DNA of 64,000 bases from a virus: IMG/VR virus record IMGVR_UViG_3300002835_000026. One strand, given 5' to 3'. The notes beneath the pieces were generated by a model. The model made no database searches. It worked only from the letters and a program-made list of their open reading frames with translations, and was not told the origin of the DNA. Made by a program: the position numbers and the translations under genes. Below, one piece after another: positions 1 to 8,573 of the stretch (position 1 is its first letter; the number at the start of each line of letters is the position of its first letter).

Positions 1-254
1 TCATGTAAAAATGCATACCCAACTTTAGATTTTGATTTATCTAATTTATTTGAACCCATATAATATACAGGACCATCATATTGTTCTATGATTTCTTCAT
101 TTTTAACCCATCTAACAATTCGACGTTCACCTTTCCAACTTCTAAATTCGTTAGGTGTTGCTCGACACCATATACCTGTTTTAATTTTGATTTCACAAGA
201 TTTAGTTGTGTCAAAATCAAATCGCATTTTTTCTGTAAAACCTTTTTTTTCCAT
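1..254 (-). CDS. hypothetical protein (partial, runs off window start)
   Basis: Read manually: ATG at 254 just downstream of a promoter, MEKKGFTEKMRFDFDTTKSCEIKIKTGIWCRATPNEFRSW..., open to position 1. Not in ORF track. Confidence 0.7.
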   Translation of the reverse strand, partial: MEKKGFTEKMRFDFDTTKSCEIKIKTGIWCRATPNEFRSWKGERRIVRWVKNEEIIEQYDGPVYYMGSNKLDKSKSKVGYAFLH

Positions 255-259
255 ATACT

Positions 260-292
260 TAAATATAACATCAATTTAACCAGAAGCCAAAC
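260..292 (-). promoter_or_regulatory. early/host-type promoter (Bacteroidota -33/-7-like)
   Basis: GTTTGGCT, 20 nt spacer after TTTG, then TATATTTA. Confidence 0.75.
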
Positions 293-497
293 CTATTTTT
301 TCTAAAAATGTATTTGTAATTTGTTGTTTAAGTAATTTTTGATTTGGTGTTTTATTAATGAATGTAATTTTTTCTACTTGCCATCCATCCTCTTCAGTAT
401 AGTAGGCTTGTATATCAAATTCAATACCATCATCTGTCACACCATTAAATATTTTATCTACACAAATTAGTATTGGATTGTCATAATCTATTTTCAT
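276..497 (-). CDS. hypothetical protein
   Basis: 73 aa ORF, tightly packed with neighbours. Confidence 0.7.
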   Translation of the reverse strand: MKIDYDNPILICVDKIFNGVTDDGIEFDIQAYYTEEDGWQVEKITFINKTPNQKLLKQQITNTFLEKIGLASG

Positions 498-504
498 AAT
501 TAAT

Positions 505-843
505 TTATTTAATTACATATAATTTACATTCAAATCCATGATCATCTAATAAATCATTAACTTGTTTAATATATAAATTTTCATCATCTACTTTAGGTTC
601 AACACTAATTGAAAATTTTCCATTATCTATTTGGTGACCATCATTATCTAATGCTTTAAGTGTATTTTTTCCAAATGAATGGGGTCTTGGTTTATTAGTT
701 TTAGTAAGACCAATATTAATAAAATTAATAGCATCTAACAACTCATCAATATCAGGACCTATTAGTTCAATATTAGATGTTTGTTTTTTTAAAGTCTTAC
801 TAATTTCTTCTCTAATGATTTGTTTTAATTCTGATTGTTTCAT
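505..843 (-). CDS. hypothetical protein, possible virion-packaged protein
   Basis: N-terminus MKQSELKQIIREEI; ATATTTATA motif upstream. Confidence 0.6.
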   Translation of the reverse strand: MKQSELKQIIREEISKTLKKQTSNIELIGPDIDELLDAINFINIGLTKTNKPRPHSFGKNTLKALDNDGHQIDNGKFSISVEPKVDDENLYIKQVNDLLDDHGFECKLYVIK

Positions 844-857
844 GATTTATCTTTTAA

Positions 858-866
858 TATAAATAT
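858..866 (-). promoter_or_regulatory. putative late promoter ATATTTATA
   Basis: Intergenic, upstream of ATG 843, no -33 box. Confidence 0.4.
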
Positions 867-886
867 AAATTAATATTTGGTTCATA

Positions 887-1378
887 TTAATCCCAAAAAT
901 ATTTTATATTATGTTCAACTAATTTCCAAAGTAATACCTCAGCACGTTTTTGTTTTTCAATACCTAACTGATATAACTCATCACTGAATTTATTGATTTC
1001 ATCATTATGTTTATCATCAATTGCTTTCTCCCATTTAAAACCTTTATACTCATACTTACCACCACCTATATCTTCAACCACCAGTTCCACTTTACCATAC
1101 ATGCTTTCTAATACTCCAACATAACTTGTAGCGTAATAGTCTTCATTAACTCGTTCCATTAGTTTAGCAATCATTCTACAACGTATAGCTCTACTTTTAG
1201 CACTGACGCCATATACTGAATTTGAACCTAATTTATTAGCTAAACGTTCTAAGCTGTATCGGAATATATCAATTGAATAGCTATAATCCCAATCATATCC
1301 TCCCCAAGCGTATTTAGCGTAGGCAAATGAACGTTTCACTTGGTTGTAAAACCATTTAATGTCACTCCAGATTTTCAT
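887..1378 (-). CDS. hypothetical protein
   Basis: 163 aa ORF with DWDY and C-terminal FWD motifs. Confidence 0.75.
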   Translation of the reverse strand: MKIWSDIKWFYNQVKRSFAYAKYAWGGYDWDYSYSIDIFRYSLERLANKLGSNSVYGVSAKSRAIRCRMIAKLMERVNEDYYATSYVGVLESMYGKVELVVEDIGGGKYEYKGFKWEKAIDDKHNDEINKFSDELYQLGIEKQKRAEVLLWKLVEHNIKYFWD

Positions 1379-1380
1379 TT

Positions 1381-1614
1381 TTAATTTATTATTTGTTTAC
1401 AATTAAAAGTTATTCTTTCATTTATTTGGGGAACTGTCTTACCAATAAAACGTACTTTTTTTTCACCACCTTCATTATCTAATTTAACATATAGATAAGC
1501 AGTATCAGTCCAAGAATAAACAAGACTAACAGTTACAACACCTGAACATTTTTCAGGAGCAGGTGTAAAACCATATGTAGTAATTAATATTAATATAACT
1601 AATATTTTTTTCAT
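1381..1614 (-). CDS. hypothetical exported/membrane protein
   Basis: Signal-peptide-like N-terminus MKKILVILILITTYG. Confidence 0.65.
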   Translation of the reverse strand: MKKILVILILITTYGFTPAPEKCSGVVTVSLVYSWTDTAYLYVKLDNEGGEKKVRFIGKTVPQINERITFNCKQIIN

Positions 1615-1619
1615 ATATG

Positions 1620-2060
1620 TTATTCATTATCTACATATTCTAAATCAACATCCCATTCCTCCACTATAAATTTTAACTCTAAACTAGTAATTTTATTTTT
1701 ATCTTCATCACAATATGCTGTTGCTTGGAGTCCACCTGTACTACAAGTGATACCTAATTCCCAATGTTCATCACTTAAATTTCCTAATCTTAATTTAGCA
1801 GCGTCTTTAAGTAATCTAATTGCTTCTGTTTTTAACATATTAATAGTAACATCTTGGCCTACCCATCTCCAATCTAAAACATTCATTGCTGTTTGTACTT
1901 TTAAAAAATCAAATTCTTGTATGATATTAAAAATCATAGCTTCAGTTTTATTAATCTTAACTGGTTTAGGTTCAACTACCATTTTATTAAGTCCTGCCAT
2001 TTTATTAAGCAATGTTCTTAATGTTTCTAATTCCTGTGTGTTTAAATTTTCTATATTCAT
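1620..2060 (-). CDS. hypothetical protein
   Basis: 146 aa ORF in operon. Confidence 0.75.
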   Translation of the reverse strand: MNIENLNTQELETLRTLLNKMAGLNKMVVEPKPVKINKTEAMIFNIIQEFDFLKVQTAMNVLDWRWVGQDVTINMLKTEAIRLLKDAAKLRLGNLSDEHWELGITCSTGGLQATAYCDEDKNKITSLELKFIVEEWDVDLEYVDNE

Positions 2061-2063
2061 AAC

Positions 2064-2273
2064 TTATTTTGCTTTAAATGGTGTTAATATATCTTGCATC
2101 CACTCTTCTTTGGTTTTAGGTTCAAATAACCTAGCTGTATGTTTACCTGCTACAGATAGTAGGTTAATAAGTTCACCTTTATCTTTTTCAAATTTAATTA
2201 AAAAATCATCATAGTGGTTATCTGAATTGTCATACCAATCACTTACTTGTTGTAAAAATTCTTCCTTTGTCAT
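2064..2273 (-). CDS. hypothetical protein
   Basis: 69 aa; ATGA overlap with upstream gene. Confidence 0.7.
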   Translation of the reverse strand: MTKEEFLQQVSDWYDNSDNHYDDFLIKFEKDKGELINLLSVAGKHTARLFEPKTKEEWMQDILTPFKAK

Positions 2274-2644
2274 AACTTATTATCTTGTTTAAATAACTCA
2301 TATACACTATTACGTGTGTTAAATTTAATATAATTATCTTGTTGTTCTATAATTTCAGTAACTGATGTAGTTAACCAAGTAAAACTCATTCGATGTGGAT
2401 CTAATATAAGTGATCTACCAATAATTGGTTCATCATATTTTTCTTTAAATGTACCATTTTCATTCCATTCAACCCATCCAATTTCATGAGCGTGGTGTGT
2501 TAATCCATCATGTTCACGAACCAATTTATATTCCATATGAGTATTAGGATCACCAAAAAATAGTTTACCCATCTCATCATCCATTTTTAGATTACCGTTC
2601 TCATCTTGAGTTACTAGTATTTTCTTTTGTACTCCGCCTATCAT
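2270..2644 (-). CDS. hypothetical protein
   Basis: 124 aa ORF in operon. Confidence 0.75.
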   Translation of the reverse strand: MIGGVQKKILVTQDENGNLKMDDEMGKLFFGDPNTHMEYKLVREHDGLTHHAHEIGWVEWNENGTFKEKYDEPIIGRSLILDPHRMSFTWLTTSVTEIIEQQDNYIKFNTRNSVYELFKQDNKL

Positions 2645-2645
2645 T

Positions 2646-2906
2646 TTAAAATCTAGCTAATGGATCTGTTTTTGGAACTGTCATTTCAGGTTCATTTTTA
2701 GAATTTAATACTTTCATAGCTGGTATTACCTCTACTTTGATTCCATTAATTTTAAATGATCCACCTTGTTGTAATAGTTTTCTAAATAATGTTTCATGGT
2801 TTAGAGACCATGTCTCACTTGCTGTTATAACTGTTTGTTTATCAACAATTTTATTATCAAATAAAACTACTACTCCACTTCTAATTGATTGAGGTTTGAT
2901 TGCCAT
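2646..2906 (-). CDS. hypothetical protein
   Basis: 86 aa ORF in operon. Confidence 0.7.
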   Translation of the reverse strand: MAIKPQSIRSGVVVLFDNKIVDKQTVITASETWSLNHETLFRKLLQQGGSFKINGIKVEVIPAMKVLNSKNEPEMTVPKTDPLARF

Positions 2907-2907
2907 G

Positions 2908-3015
2908 TTATTTAACTATTTTAAAATATTCTAATATTAATGCTATTACTCCTATAAGAAGCATTTGAATTACTGTTTTTATTTCAAGGTTATATTTGTT
3001 ATATAACTTTATCAT
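2908..3015 (-). CDS. small membrane peptide (35 aa)
   Basis: Read manually: MIKLYNKYNLEIKTVIQMLLIGVIALILEYFKIVK; fills the gap exactly. Confidence 0.55.
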   Translation of the reverse strand: MIKLYNKYNLEIKTVIQMLLIGVIALILEYFKIVK

Positions 3016-3018
3016 AAC

Positions 3019-3396
3019 TTATTTATTTTTTCTATATTCAATTTCATTTTTAATTATATTTAAATGCCACTCAGGACCTCCATAATCTAATACTGCTTCT
3101 AACCAGTCATCATTCATATCACAAATACGAACCCAAGTTAATGGTTGTTTTCCATCTTCACCTCTACCACCTCTAGTAGCATATAACCTAACTATTGAAT
3201 GAGGCATATCAGCAAATACTACTACTGATCGTATTTTATTAAAATCAACGGCTCCATATCTTAAATAAGCAGTGCCACCATCAACTGTTGCTTGATTTCT
3301 ACACATACATGTTTTATAATCATGTCTATGATATGAAACTATTGTTTCACCACAATCTAAACAATCAATCGCATTATATACTATTTGTCTTTCCAT
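3019..3396 (-). CDS. Zn-ribbon-like hypothetical protein
   Basis: CLDCG...HRHDYKTCMC...VDGG motif. Confidence 0.7.
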   Translation of the reverse strand: MERQIVYNAIDCLDCGETIVSYHRHDYKTCMCRNQATVDGGTAYLRYGAVDFNKIRSVVVFADMPHSIVRLYATRGGRGEDGKQPLTWVRICDMNDDWLEAVLDYGGPEWHLNIIKNEIEYRKNK

Positions 3397-3418
3397 AACT
3401 CTTATTTTTCTTTATATT

Positions 3419-3451
3419 TAAATATAATAAAGTTTATTTGGGGAGCCAAAC
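3419..3451 (-). promoter_or_regulatory. early/host-type promoter
   Basis: GTTTGGCT-N-TATATTTA, 20 nt spacer. Confidence 0.75.
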
Positions 3452-4546
3452 CTATTCATATGATTCTCTATCAATTTTAATTACATATGGAAATCTTGGA
3501 ATACCATCTGGTGTTAAGTTAAAATATTTAATTGTAGCTGTTTTACCTATTAATTGATCCTTGATCAACCACATTTCTTTTAACTCGTCCCAGCTATATT
3601 TAAAGTTAGAAGTAAATCGTTTACCTTCTTTAGTTTCAAATAAAGCATATCCAATCATTCCTGATTTATTACCTTCACCTTCATTAATACCTAATATAAC
3701 AAATTCCTCATCTACAAACGTTTTATATTTAAGTAAATACTTAGAACGTTTGTTTTGATATTCATTATCAATTCTTAGTATTTGACCCTCATAACCTTGA
3801 TCCATTACTCTATCATACTCAGTCATAACTTCATTCTCGTTATGTACTTGTACTGTCTCTACTACTACAATTGATTTATGTAATTTAAGTGATTTTAAAG
3901 TTGAATTACGTTTAGTGAATACACCGTTGTGACTAGGTAAATCATAAACATGATATTGAATATTATTTTTACTATCAATTAAATCATTACTTGTTGGTTT
4001 AGTTTTTTTAACTATAGAACAAATTTTATTAAAATCATTAGCAAATTTATCAGCATATAACTCACCATCAAATATTAATGTTGGATCATTTTCAAGTAAT
4101 GGTTTTAATGCTTCAAAAATATGAGGCGCTGATATGATTGGCTTACCATTTCGAGACCACATACCATCACTTTTAACAATACATCTAATACCATCAAGTT
4201 TTGGCTGACTAAAAATTGGATAACTAATTTTATGTTTTTCATCATTCCAATCCTTAGCTAACATAGGTTGAAAGTAAAGTGATTTATCACAATCCTTTAT
4301 ATCATCAAAAAATCCTACTTCCTTACGTTTACGATATAAAGCATCAGCTTCAGCTTTGGCTTGTCGTTCAGGTGTAGTTTCGTTTTTCTTACCTATATTT
4401 TTTCCATCACATACTGTCCATTCAGATGTTGTTTGAACACCATCATTATAACCAGCTATTGTTCTGAATTTGTTTGAATCAATTTCAATTGTCCATTGAT
4501 TGATTTTGCTGTTTGTGGCGCGTTTGTAAAGTGGCTTATATATCAT
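3452..4546 (-). CDS. lig: ATP-dependent DNA ligase
   Basis: PMLA, KLDGIRC (motif I), FDGELY, YHVYDL, EGQILR, LLKYK, C-terminal OB fold with PRFP. Confidence 0.95.
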   Translation of the reverse strand: MIYKPLYKRATNSKINQWTIEIDSNKFRTIAGYNDGVQTTSEWTVCDGKNIGKKNETTPERQAKAEADALYRKRKEVGFFDDIKDCDKSLYFQPMLAKDWNDEKHKISYPIFSQPKLDGIRCIVKSDGMWSRNGKPIISAPHIFEALKPLLENDPTLIFDGELYADKFANDFNKICSIVKKTKPTSNDLIDSKNNIQYHVYDLPSHNGVFTKRNSTLKSLKLHKSIVVVETVQVHNENEVMTEYDRVMDQGYEGQILRIDNEYQNKRSKYLLKYKTFVDEEFVILGINEGEGNKSGMIGYALFETKEGKRFTSNFKYSWDELKEMWLIKDQLIGKTATIKYFNLTPDGIPRFPYVIKIDRESYE

Positions 4547-4566
4547 ATCTTTTATTTCTTTATACC

Positions 4567-4599
4567 TAAATATAACATCCTTCTAACCAGAAGCCAAAC
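4567..4599 (-). promoter_or_regulatory. early/host-type promoter
   Basis: Near-identical to the 260-292 copy; 20 nt spacer. Confidence 0.75.
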
Positions 4600-4605
4600 A
4601 GGTGA

Positions 4606-4734
4606 TTACTCCCTGTCTAGTTTCTTATTTTTAACTCGTTTATAGATCTTTTTGGATTCTTTTGATCGTTGGATCATTTTTCTCCTAACTATTTGAGCGA
4701 CATGTCTAACTGATAATCCGTTTAACTCTTTCAT
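4606..4734 (-). CDS. small basic protein (42 aa)
   Basis: Read manually: MKELNGLSVRHVAQIVRRKMIQRSKESKKIYKRVKNKKLDRE. Confidence 0.6.
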   Translation of the reverse strand: MKELNGLSVRHVAQIVRRKMIQRSKESKKIYKRVKNKKLDRE

Positions 4735-4735
4735 T

Positions 4736-4969
4736 TTATGCTAATAATAAATTGTTTTTTTCTAATGCGACCCAAATTCTCTCATACCACACTAACATCT
4801 TTACTCCACCTAACTTGTCTGTGTCTCTTAACTTACGTTCCAACACTACTTGTGATAATAAAATTAAACAGTAATCTAAAGTATCTCTAGCATCATCCAT
4901 TTGTTTTAACTTTAATAAGTCACTTGCTTTTCTCCAACCGTTTTTAATCTCTAAATCGTAATTTACCAT
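4736..4969 (-). CDS. hypothetical protein
   Basis: 77 aa ORF in operon. Confidence 0.7.
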   Translation of the reverse strand: MVNYDLEIKNGWRKASDLLKLKQMDDARDTLDYCLILLSQVVLERKLRDTDKLGGVKMLVWYERIWVALEKNNLLLA

Positions 4970-4973
4970 TTTG

Positions 4974-5261
4974 TTATTCTATTAGTCCTAATTGTTTTGC
5001 TCTAAACGCGGCAACATACCTTCCTGTTGCTGGATTCAAATATTGTTTTTTGTCTGCTTTTGCTTTCTTTTCCTTAACTATAATATCAGCTATTGGAACT
5101 GAATTTTTATCATCAAACTCAACCATTATGGGTCCGTTTTTTGTTTTATCTAAATCATAATGCCATTTAGCAATTGTTCCATCTGCATGAACTATTGTTC
5201 TAATAAATTTAGTTGGCTGATCTTCTTCTTTTGTTGCTGCTACTCTTCCTCTTTTTGACAT
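4974..5261 (-). CDS. hypothetical protein
   Basis: 95 aa ORF with its own promoter; NPATGRYV motif. Confidence 0.7.
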   Translation of the reverse strand: MSKRGRVAATKEEDQPTKFIRTIVHADGTIAKWHYDLDKTKNGPIMVEFDDKNSVPIADIIVKEKKAKADKKQYLNPATGRYVAAFRAKQLGLIE

Positions 5262-5281
5262 ATCTTTATTTTCTTTATAAT

Positions 5282-5314
5282 TAAATATAACATCCTTATC
5301 CTAGTGAGCCAAAC
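5282..5314 (-). promoter_or_regulatory. early/host-type promoter
   Basis: GTTTGGCT-N-TATATTTA, 20 nt spacer. Confidence 0.75.
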
Positions 5315-5324
5315 AAGTGGTTTA

Positions 5325-5537
5325 TTAAGCTCCAAAACACATATTTGAACTTAACCATAATGGTACTAATTTTCTAGCTCCTACAGTTTCATTTCCTTCA
5401 TTATTCCATTGGTTAGGAGCTATTTCCCATAAACAATAGGTATCATAAATTGCTATTAATTTGGAGCGGAAAGTAGGTGAATAATTATCCGATGTCTCTT
5501 TACCAATCATTGTCATTAATTCTTCTTTCTTTGTCAT
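5325..5537 (-). CDS. hypothetical protein
   Basis: 70 aa ORF with its own promoter. Confidence 0.7.
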   Translation of the reverse strand: MTKKEELMTMIGKETSDNYSPTFRSKLIAIYDTYCLWEIAPNQWNNEGNETVGARKLVPLWLSSNMCFGA

Positions 5538-5559
5538 GTCTTTATTTTCTTATTATACT

Positions 5560-5592
5560 TAAATATAATAAAGATATTTTGGAAAGCCAAAC
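5560..5592 (-). promoter_or_regulatory. early/host-type promoter
   Basis: GTTTGGCT-N-TATATTTA, 20 nt spacer. Confidence 0.75.
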
Positions 5593-5598
5593 AGATGA

Positions 5599-5748
5599 TT
5601 AGGCCATAAACGTTTTTGGGGTTCGTTCGTATTCTTGTTCAAGTTGAAGGTCAATAGAGTAGGCCCAACATAGTAATACTAAGCTGGGCCAGTCCTTTTG
5701 AGCTAATTTAATTAATACATCGTCTGATATTGTCTCTAGACTTAACAC
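5599..5748 (-). CDS. hypothetical protein (49 aa, GTG start)
   Basis: Read manually; GTG overlaps the upstream TAG; contains a GC-rich hairpin. Confidence 0.45.
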   Translation of the reverse strand: MLSLETISDDVLIKLAQKDWPSLVLLCWAYSIDLQLEQEYERTPKTFMA

Positions 5749-5918
5749 TATTTTTTCTTATATGGACGGAATGTATTATCTCTAACAAATACTGTTTGTT
5801 TAGCATTTAATGCAGGTTCAACAGATGTTAAATTTTTTCTTGGTTTATTGTTTTTCTTTAGATCCTCGATCCAGGCTAATAAACAATCAATCTTAGCACT
5901 ATTACTTGTTTTACTCAT
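5748..5918 (-). CDS. hypothetical protein (56 aa)
   Basis: Read manually: MSKTSNSAKIDCLLAWIEDLKK... Confidence 0.55.
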   Translation of the reverse strand: MSKTSNSAKIDCLLAWIEDLKKNNKPRKNLTSVEPALNAKQTVFVRDNTFRPYKKK

Positions 5919-5934
5919 AACTTATTTATTTTAC

Positions 5935-6072
5935 TTAACGGCCTTGGCCTCTGTACTTGGTTTTCTTGCTAACACGTTTGTTAGTGTGTTTTGTTGCTTT
6001 GCCTTTTTTCTTTTTACCAAATGATATTTTACCTCTATTTGATAATGTAACTTTAGTTGATTTCTTAGCCAT
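5935..6072 (-). CDS. small, very basic protein ending YRGQGR (45 aa)
   Basis: Read manually: MAKKSTKVTLSNRGKISFGKKKKGKATKHTNKRVSKKTKYRGQGR; late-type motif upstream. Confidence 0.75.
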   Translation of the reverse strand: MAKKSTKVTLSNRGKISFGKKKKGKATKHTNKRVSKKTKYRGQGR

Positions 6073-6092
6073 GTTTATAGGATTTAATTTCC

Positions 6093-6101
6093 TATAAATA
6101 T
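6093..6101 (-). promoter_or_regulatory. putative late promoter ATATTTATA
   Basis: Intergenic, upstream of ATG 6072. Confidence 0.45.
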
Positions 6102-6102
6102 G

Positions 6103-6645
6103 TTATAACTCTACTTCAACCCACTTACTTTTATAGTTTTTATTATTGACCGCATAACGAGCGTAGTCGTTTAAAATCGGCTTACCTGTGTTGTAGTAAC
6201 CGCATACTTTACCCCAATCACCATAACGTTTATATAATTTAGCTAAAAATTTAGCACTTGTTTTAACATTTAATTCAATATCTTTTCTCATTTTATTTTG
6301 AGATATATTTTTGTCATAAATGTCTTTAGCAATTATAGGCATTAGTTGCATTGGTCCTACTGCTCCTGCGTTTGATATACGATCATGATTATATCTCCAA
6401 TCAAATGGTCCTTGATATGTTGTTTCAAGATAAGCGATATTATAAAATATATATTTTGGAATTTCATATTCCTCACTATATTTTTCTAAACAATTGTACA
6501 TCTGAATTGATGGTACATCTTGATTAGTTGTAATAAATCCTGTTTTCTCAATTGATGTTTCTAATCGCTCTAATTTAAAGAACAGATAACCTAACATTAA
6601 GGTTAAAGCTGTTAACCATGTGTATAATATTTTTTTCAATGTCAT
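6103..6645 (-). CDS. membrane-anchored SLT-family lytic transglycosylase
   Basis: N-terminal TM helix, catalytic ET, SNAGAVGPMQLMP, YYNTG. Confidence 0.88.
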   Translation of the reverse strand: MTLKKILYTWLTALTLMLGYLFFKLERLETSIEKTGFITTNQDVPSIQMYNCLEKYSEEYEIPKYIFYNIAYLETTYQGPFDWRYNHDRISNAGAVGPMQLMPIIAKDIYDKNISQNKMRKDIELNVKTSAKFLAKLYKRYGDWGKVCGYYNTGKPILNDYARYAVNNKNYKSKWVEVEL

Positions 6646-6650
6646 GTTAA

Positions 6651-6932
6651 TTATTTAAGTGAAACAATAGACTTAGCATAGATATTGAAAATACTTGATC
6701 CAATGCTATCAGAGTATAAAATATATTCTCCTGTTTGTTTATTAATGAGTAGTAATTGATTTTTCTCATTAATAGCAACTGATGTGTTATCAGGTGTCTT
6801 GATATTCTTTTGATTGATAATGTTTGTTACAATTTTGTTATAATGATAACCAACTGTAAAGCCCATAAATAATGCTAGTCCTAACATTAAAACTAATACT
6901 GACTGTTTAGCGTACTCTTTTAATTTTTCCAT
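6651..6932 (-). CDS. membrane protein
   Basis: N-terminal hydrophobic helix. Confidence 0.7.
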   Translation of the reverse strand: MEKLKEYAKQSVLVLMLGLALFMGFTVGYHYNKIVTNIINQKNIKTPDNTSVAINEKNQLLLINKQTGEYILYSDSIGSSIFNIYAKSIVSLK

Positions 6933-6933
6933 C

Positions 6934-7236
6934 TTATTTATTTGTTTTTAGTTTATTAATAACATCTACTATTTCAGTACATTTTTCATATAATTCTTCT
7001 TTGATATAATACTTCAAATTTTCCTCTAATGTAGATGCGAAGTGTTTCTTTTCTAATGAAATGTCATATGATGTGTCCTCATCTAAACAAGTAATAGTTA
7101 ATATATGAATACTTGTTTTTGGATTATCAAGATTCTTTAAAATATTTTCAACAATAATTTTAGCTATTTTAAAATCTTTATTATCGAGCATTTCTTGAAA
7201 ATCACTTTGACTCGCCACTGTTATCTCGTTTGTCAT
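6934..7236 (-). CDS. hypothetical protein with C-terminal UVR-like motif
   Basis: LEENLKYYIKEELYEKCTEIVDVINKL resembles the UvrB/C coiled motif. Confidence 0.55.
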   Translation of the reverse strand: MTNEITVASQSDFQEMLDNKDFKIAKIIVENILKNLDNPKTSIHILTITCLDEDTSYDISLEKKHFASTLEENLKYYIKEELYEKCTEIVDVINKLKTNK

Positions 7237-7237
7237 A

Positions 7238-7408
7238 TTAAAATAGGTCTAAAAAATTATTATTAATTACTTTTGATTTAAATTTAACAATCTTATCTTG
7301 GGATGCCAAAAGTGAGGTTGCAAGTTTTTCTAAGTGGTTCTGTTTTTGAACCTCATAGTCATGTACAATTTTCTTATGTTTAGTATGTTTTGATTTCGTC
7401 TTCGCCAT
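7238..7408 (-). CDS. hypothetical protein (56 aa)
   Basis: Read manually: MAKTKSKHTKHKKIVHDYEVQKQNHLEKLATSLLASQ...FLDLF; overlaps end of upstream gene. Confidence 0.6.
   Translation of the reverse strand: MAKTKSKHTKHKKIVHDYEVQKQNHLEKLATSLLASQDKIVKFKSKVINNNFLDLF
7279..7310 (-). promoter_or_regulatory. early/host-type promoter embedded in a CDS
   Basis: TTTGGC-N-TAAATTTA, 20 nt spacer. Confidence 0.5.
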
Positions 7409-8555
7409 CACGTGATCTTCTAGCTGTTAATATTTTATTCTTTTTCCATCTTGATACTGATGAATTATTTAATAATCTATCTTCCATTGCTCTTATTTCT
7501 GCCTTACTTAATTTACCATCACCATCTAAATCATATTGTTTTTCTTCATCAGTCAATGTAGAAATATTTTCTAAATAATTATCTGGAGGTAATTCTTTAT
7601 CTTCATCTACTAATTCAAAGTCTGAAGTTATATCTTCTAAGCCATCATTTAAAGTAACATCCCAATCTTTAATTTCATCTTGTATTTCTTCTTTTTCTAC
7701 ATAGAATGTTCTATTAGTTTCAGGATCAAACATTAATGGAACTCCTTTAACTTCTTCTTCAGGTTTATCTTCTTTTTTAGTTTTTAATTGAGCAAAAGCA
7801 AAATTAGCTGCTATCACTAAAGCAATTGCTAAAGGATCAAATACAAATATAATTACTAACAATAAGTAATTAATAATTTTATCCATTGGTAATCCAGTTA
7901 AACCAGATAAATATTTTAATGGACCTAATTCACTTGTTGCGCCACCTGTTTTAGCCTCTAATATTCTATTTTCTAAAGCAAATATTGAATCATTAGCTAC
8001 ATCTAATCTAGTTGTTAATTTATCATCTGATTTAGATGTTGACTCCATTTGTTTAATGTTAGCTTTATTAGATCTAACTACTAAATTACCTTTCTTATCA
8101 GTAAATTGAGTTGTAGCACCTTTAGATAAAGTACCTCTTAATTCATTAAGGGATTGTTTTTCCTTTAATAAATTGTCTCTTGTTTGAATGTATAATCCTT
8201 TTTTAGTTTCAAGTGTTGTTATTTGTTGAGTTACAACACCATCTTTATTTGCTGTCTCTTGATAAGCAGCGGATAAGAAACCATAAATACCCATTGATGT
8301 AATTAAAATCAATACAGTAGTTGCGATTGTTAAATATACTCTTAATGTTTTATTAAGATCATTCCAATATTGATAAAGTAATGAAGCTATTACCAATTTA
8401 GCTACTTCTAATGAACTAGCCATAATAATTACTTCTAAACTTGCACCAGCAAATAATTTACTTAATCCACTTATCGAGTAAAAAGCCGCTGAAGCTGATA
8501 CTGATAATGCAGATAATGCTATCAATGATGGAAATAATTTGTCTTTTATTGCCAT
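7380..8555 (-). CDS. multi-pass membrane protein with coiled coil and C-terminal EF-hand-like loop
   Basis: Three N-terminal TM helices, coiled coil, further TM (IIFVFDPLAIAL), DLDGDGKLSKAE loop. Confidence 0.8.
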   Translation of the reverse strand: MAIKDKLFPSLIALSALSVSASAAFYSISGLSKLFAGASLEVIIMASSLEVAKLVIASLLYQYWNDLNKTLRVYLTIATTVLILITSMGIYGFLSAAYQETANKDGVVTQQITTLETKKGLYIQTRDNLLKEKQSLNELRGTLSKGATTQFTDKKGNLVVRSNKANIKQMESTSKSDDKLTTRLDVANDSIFALENRILEAKTGGATSELGPLKYLSGLTGLPMDKIINYLLLVIIFVFDPLAIALVIAANFAFAQLKTKKEDKPEEEVKGVPLMFDPETNRTFYVEKEEIQDEIKDWDVTLNDGLEDITSDFELVDEDKELPPDNYLENISTLTDEEKQYDLDGDGKLSKAEIRAMEDRLLNNSSVSRWKKNKILTARRSRDGEDEIKTY

Positions 8556-8563
8556 AATTTTAT

Positions 8564-8572
8564 TATAAATAT
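8564..8572 (-). promoter_or_regulatory. putative late promoter ATATTTATA
   Basis: Intergenic, upstream of ATG 8555. Confidence 0.45.
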
Positions 8573-8573
8573 T

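Noticed and set aside
86-274. 62 aa minus-strand ORF from the track
   Set aside because: It starts inside the promoter. The alternative frame starting at ATG 254 fits the promoter and reads as a more plausible protein.
260-5592. Recurring ~35-45 bp sequences as a CRISPR array
   Set aside because: Spacing is irregular and gene-length, the central part is degenerate, and each copy sits upstream of a start codon, so they are promoters.
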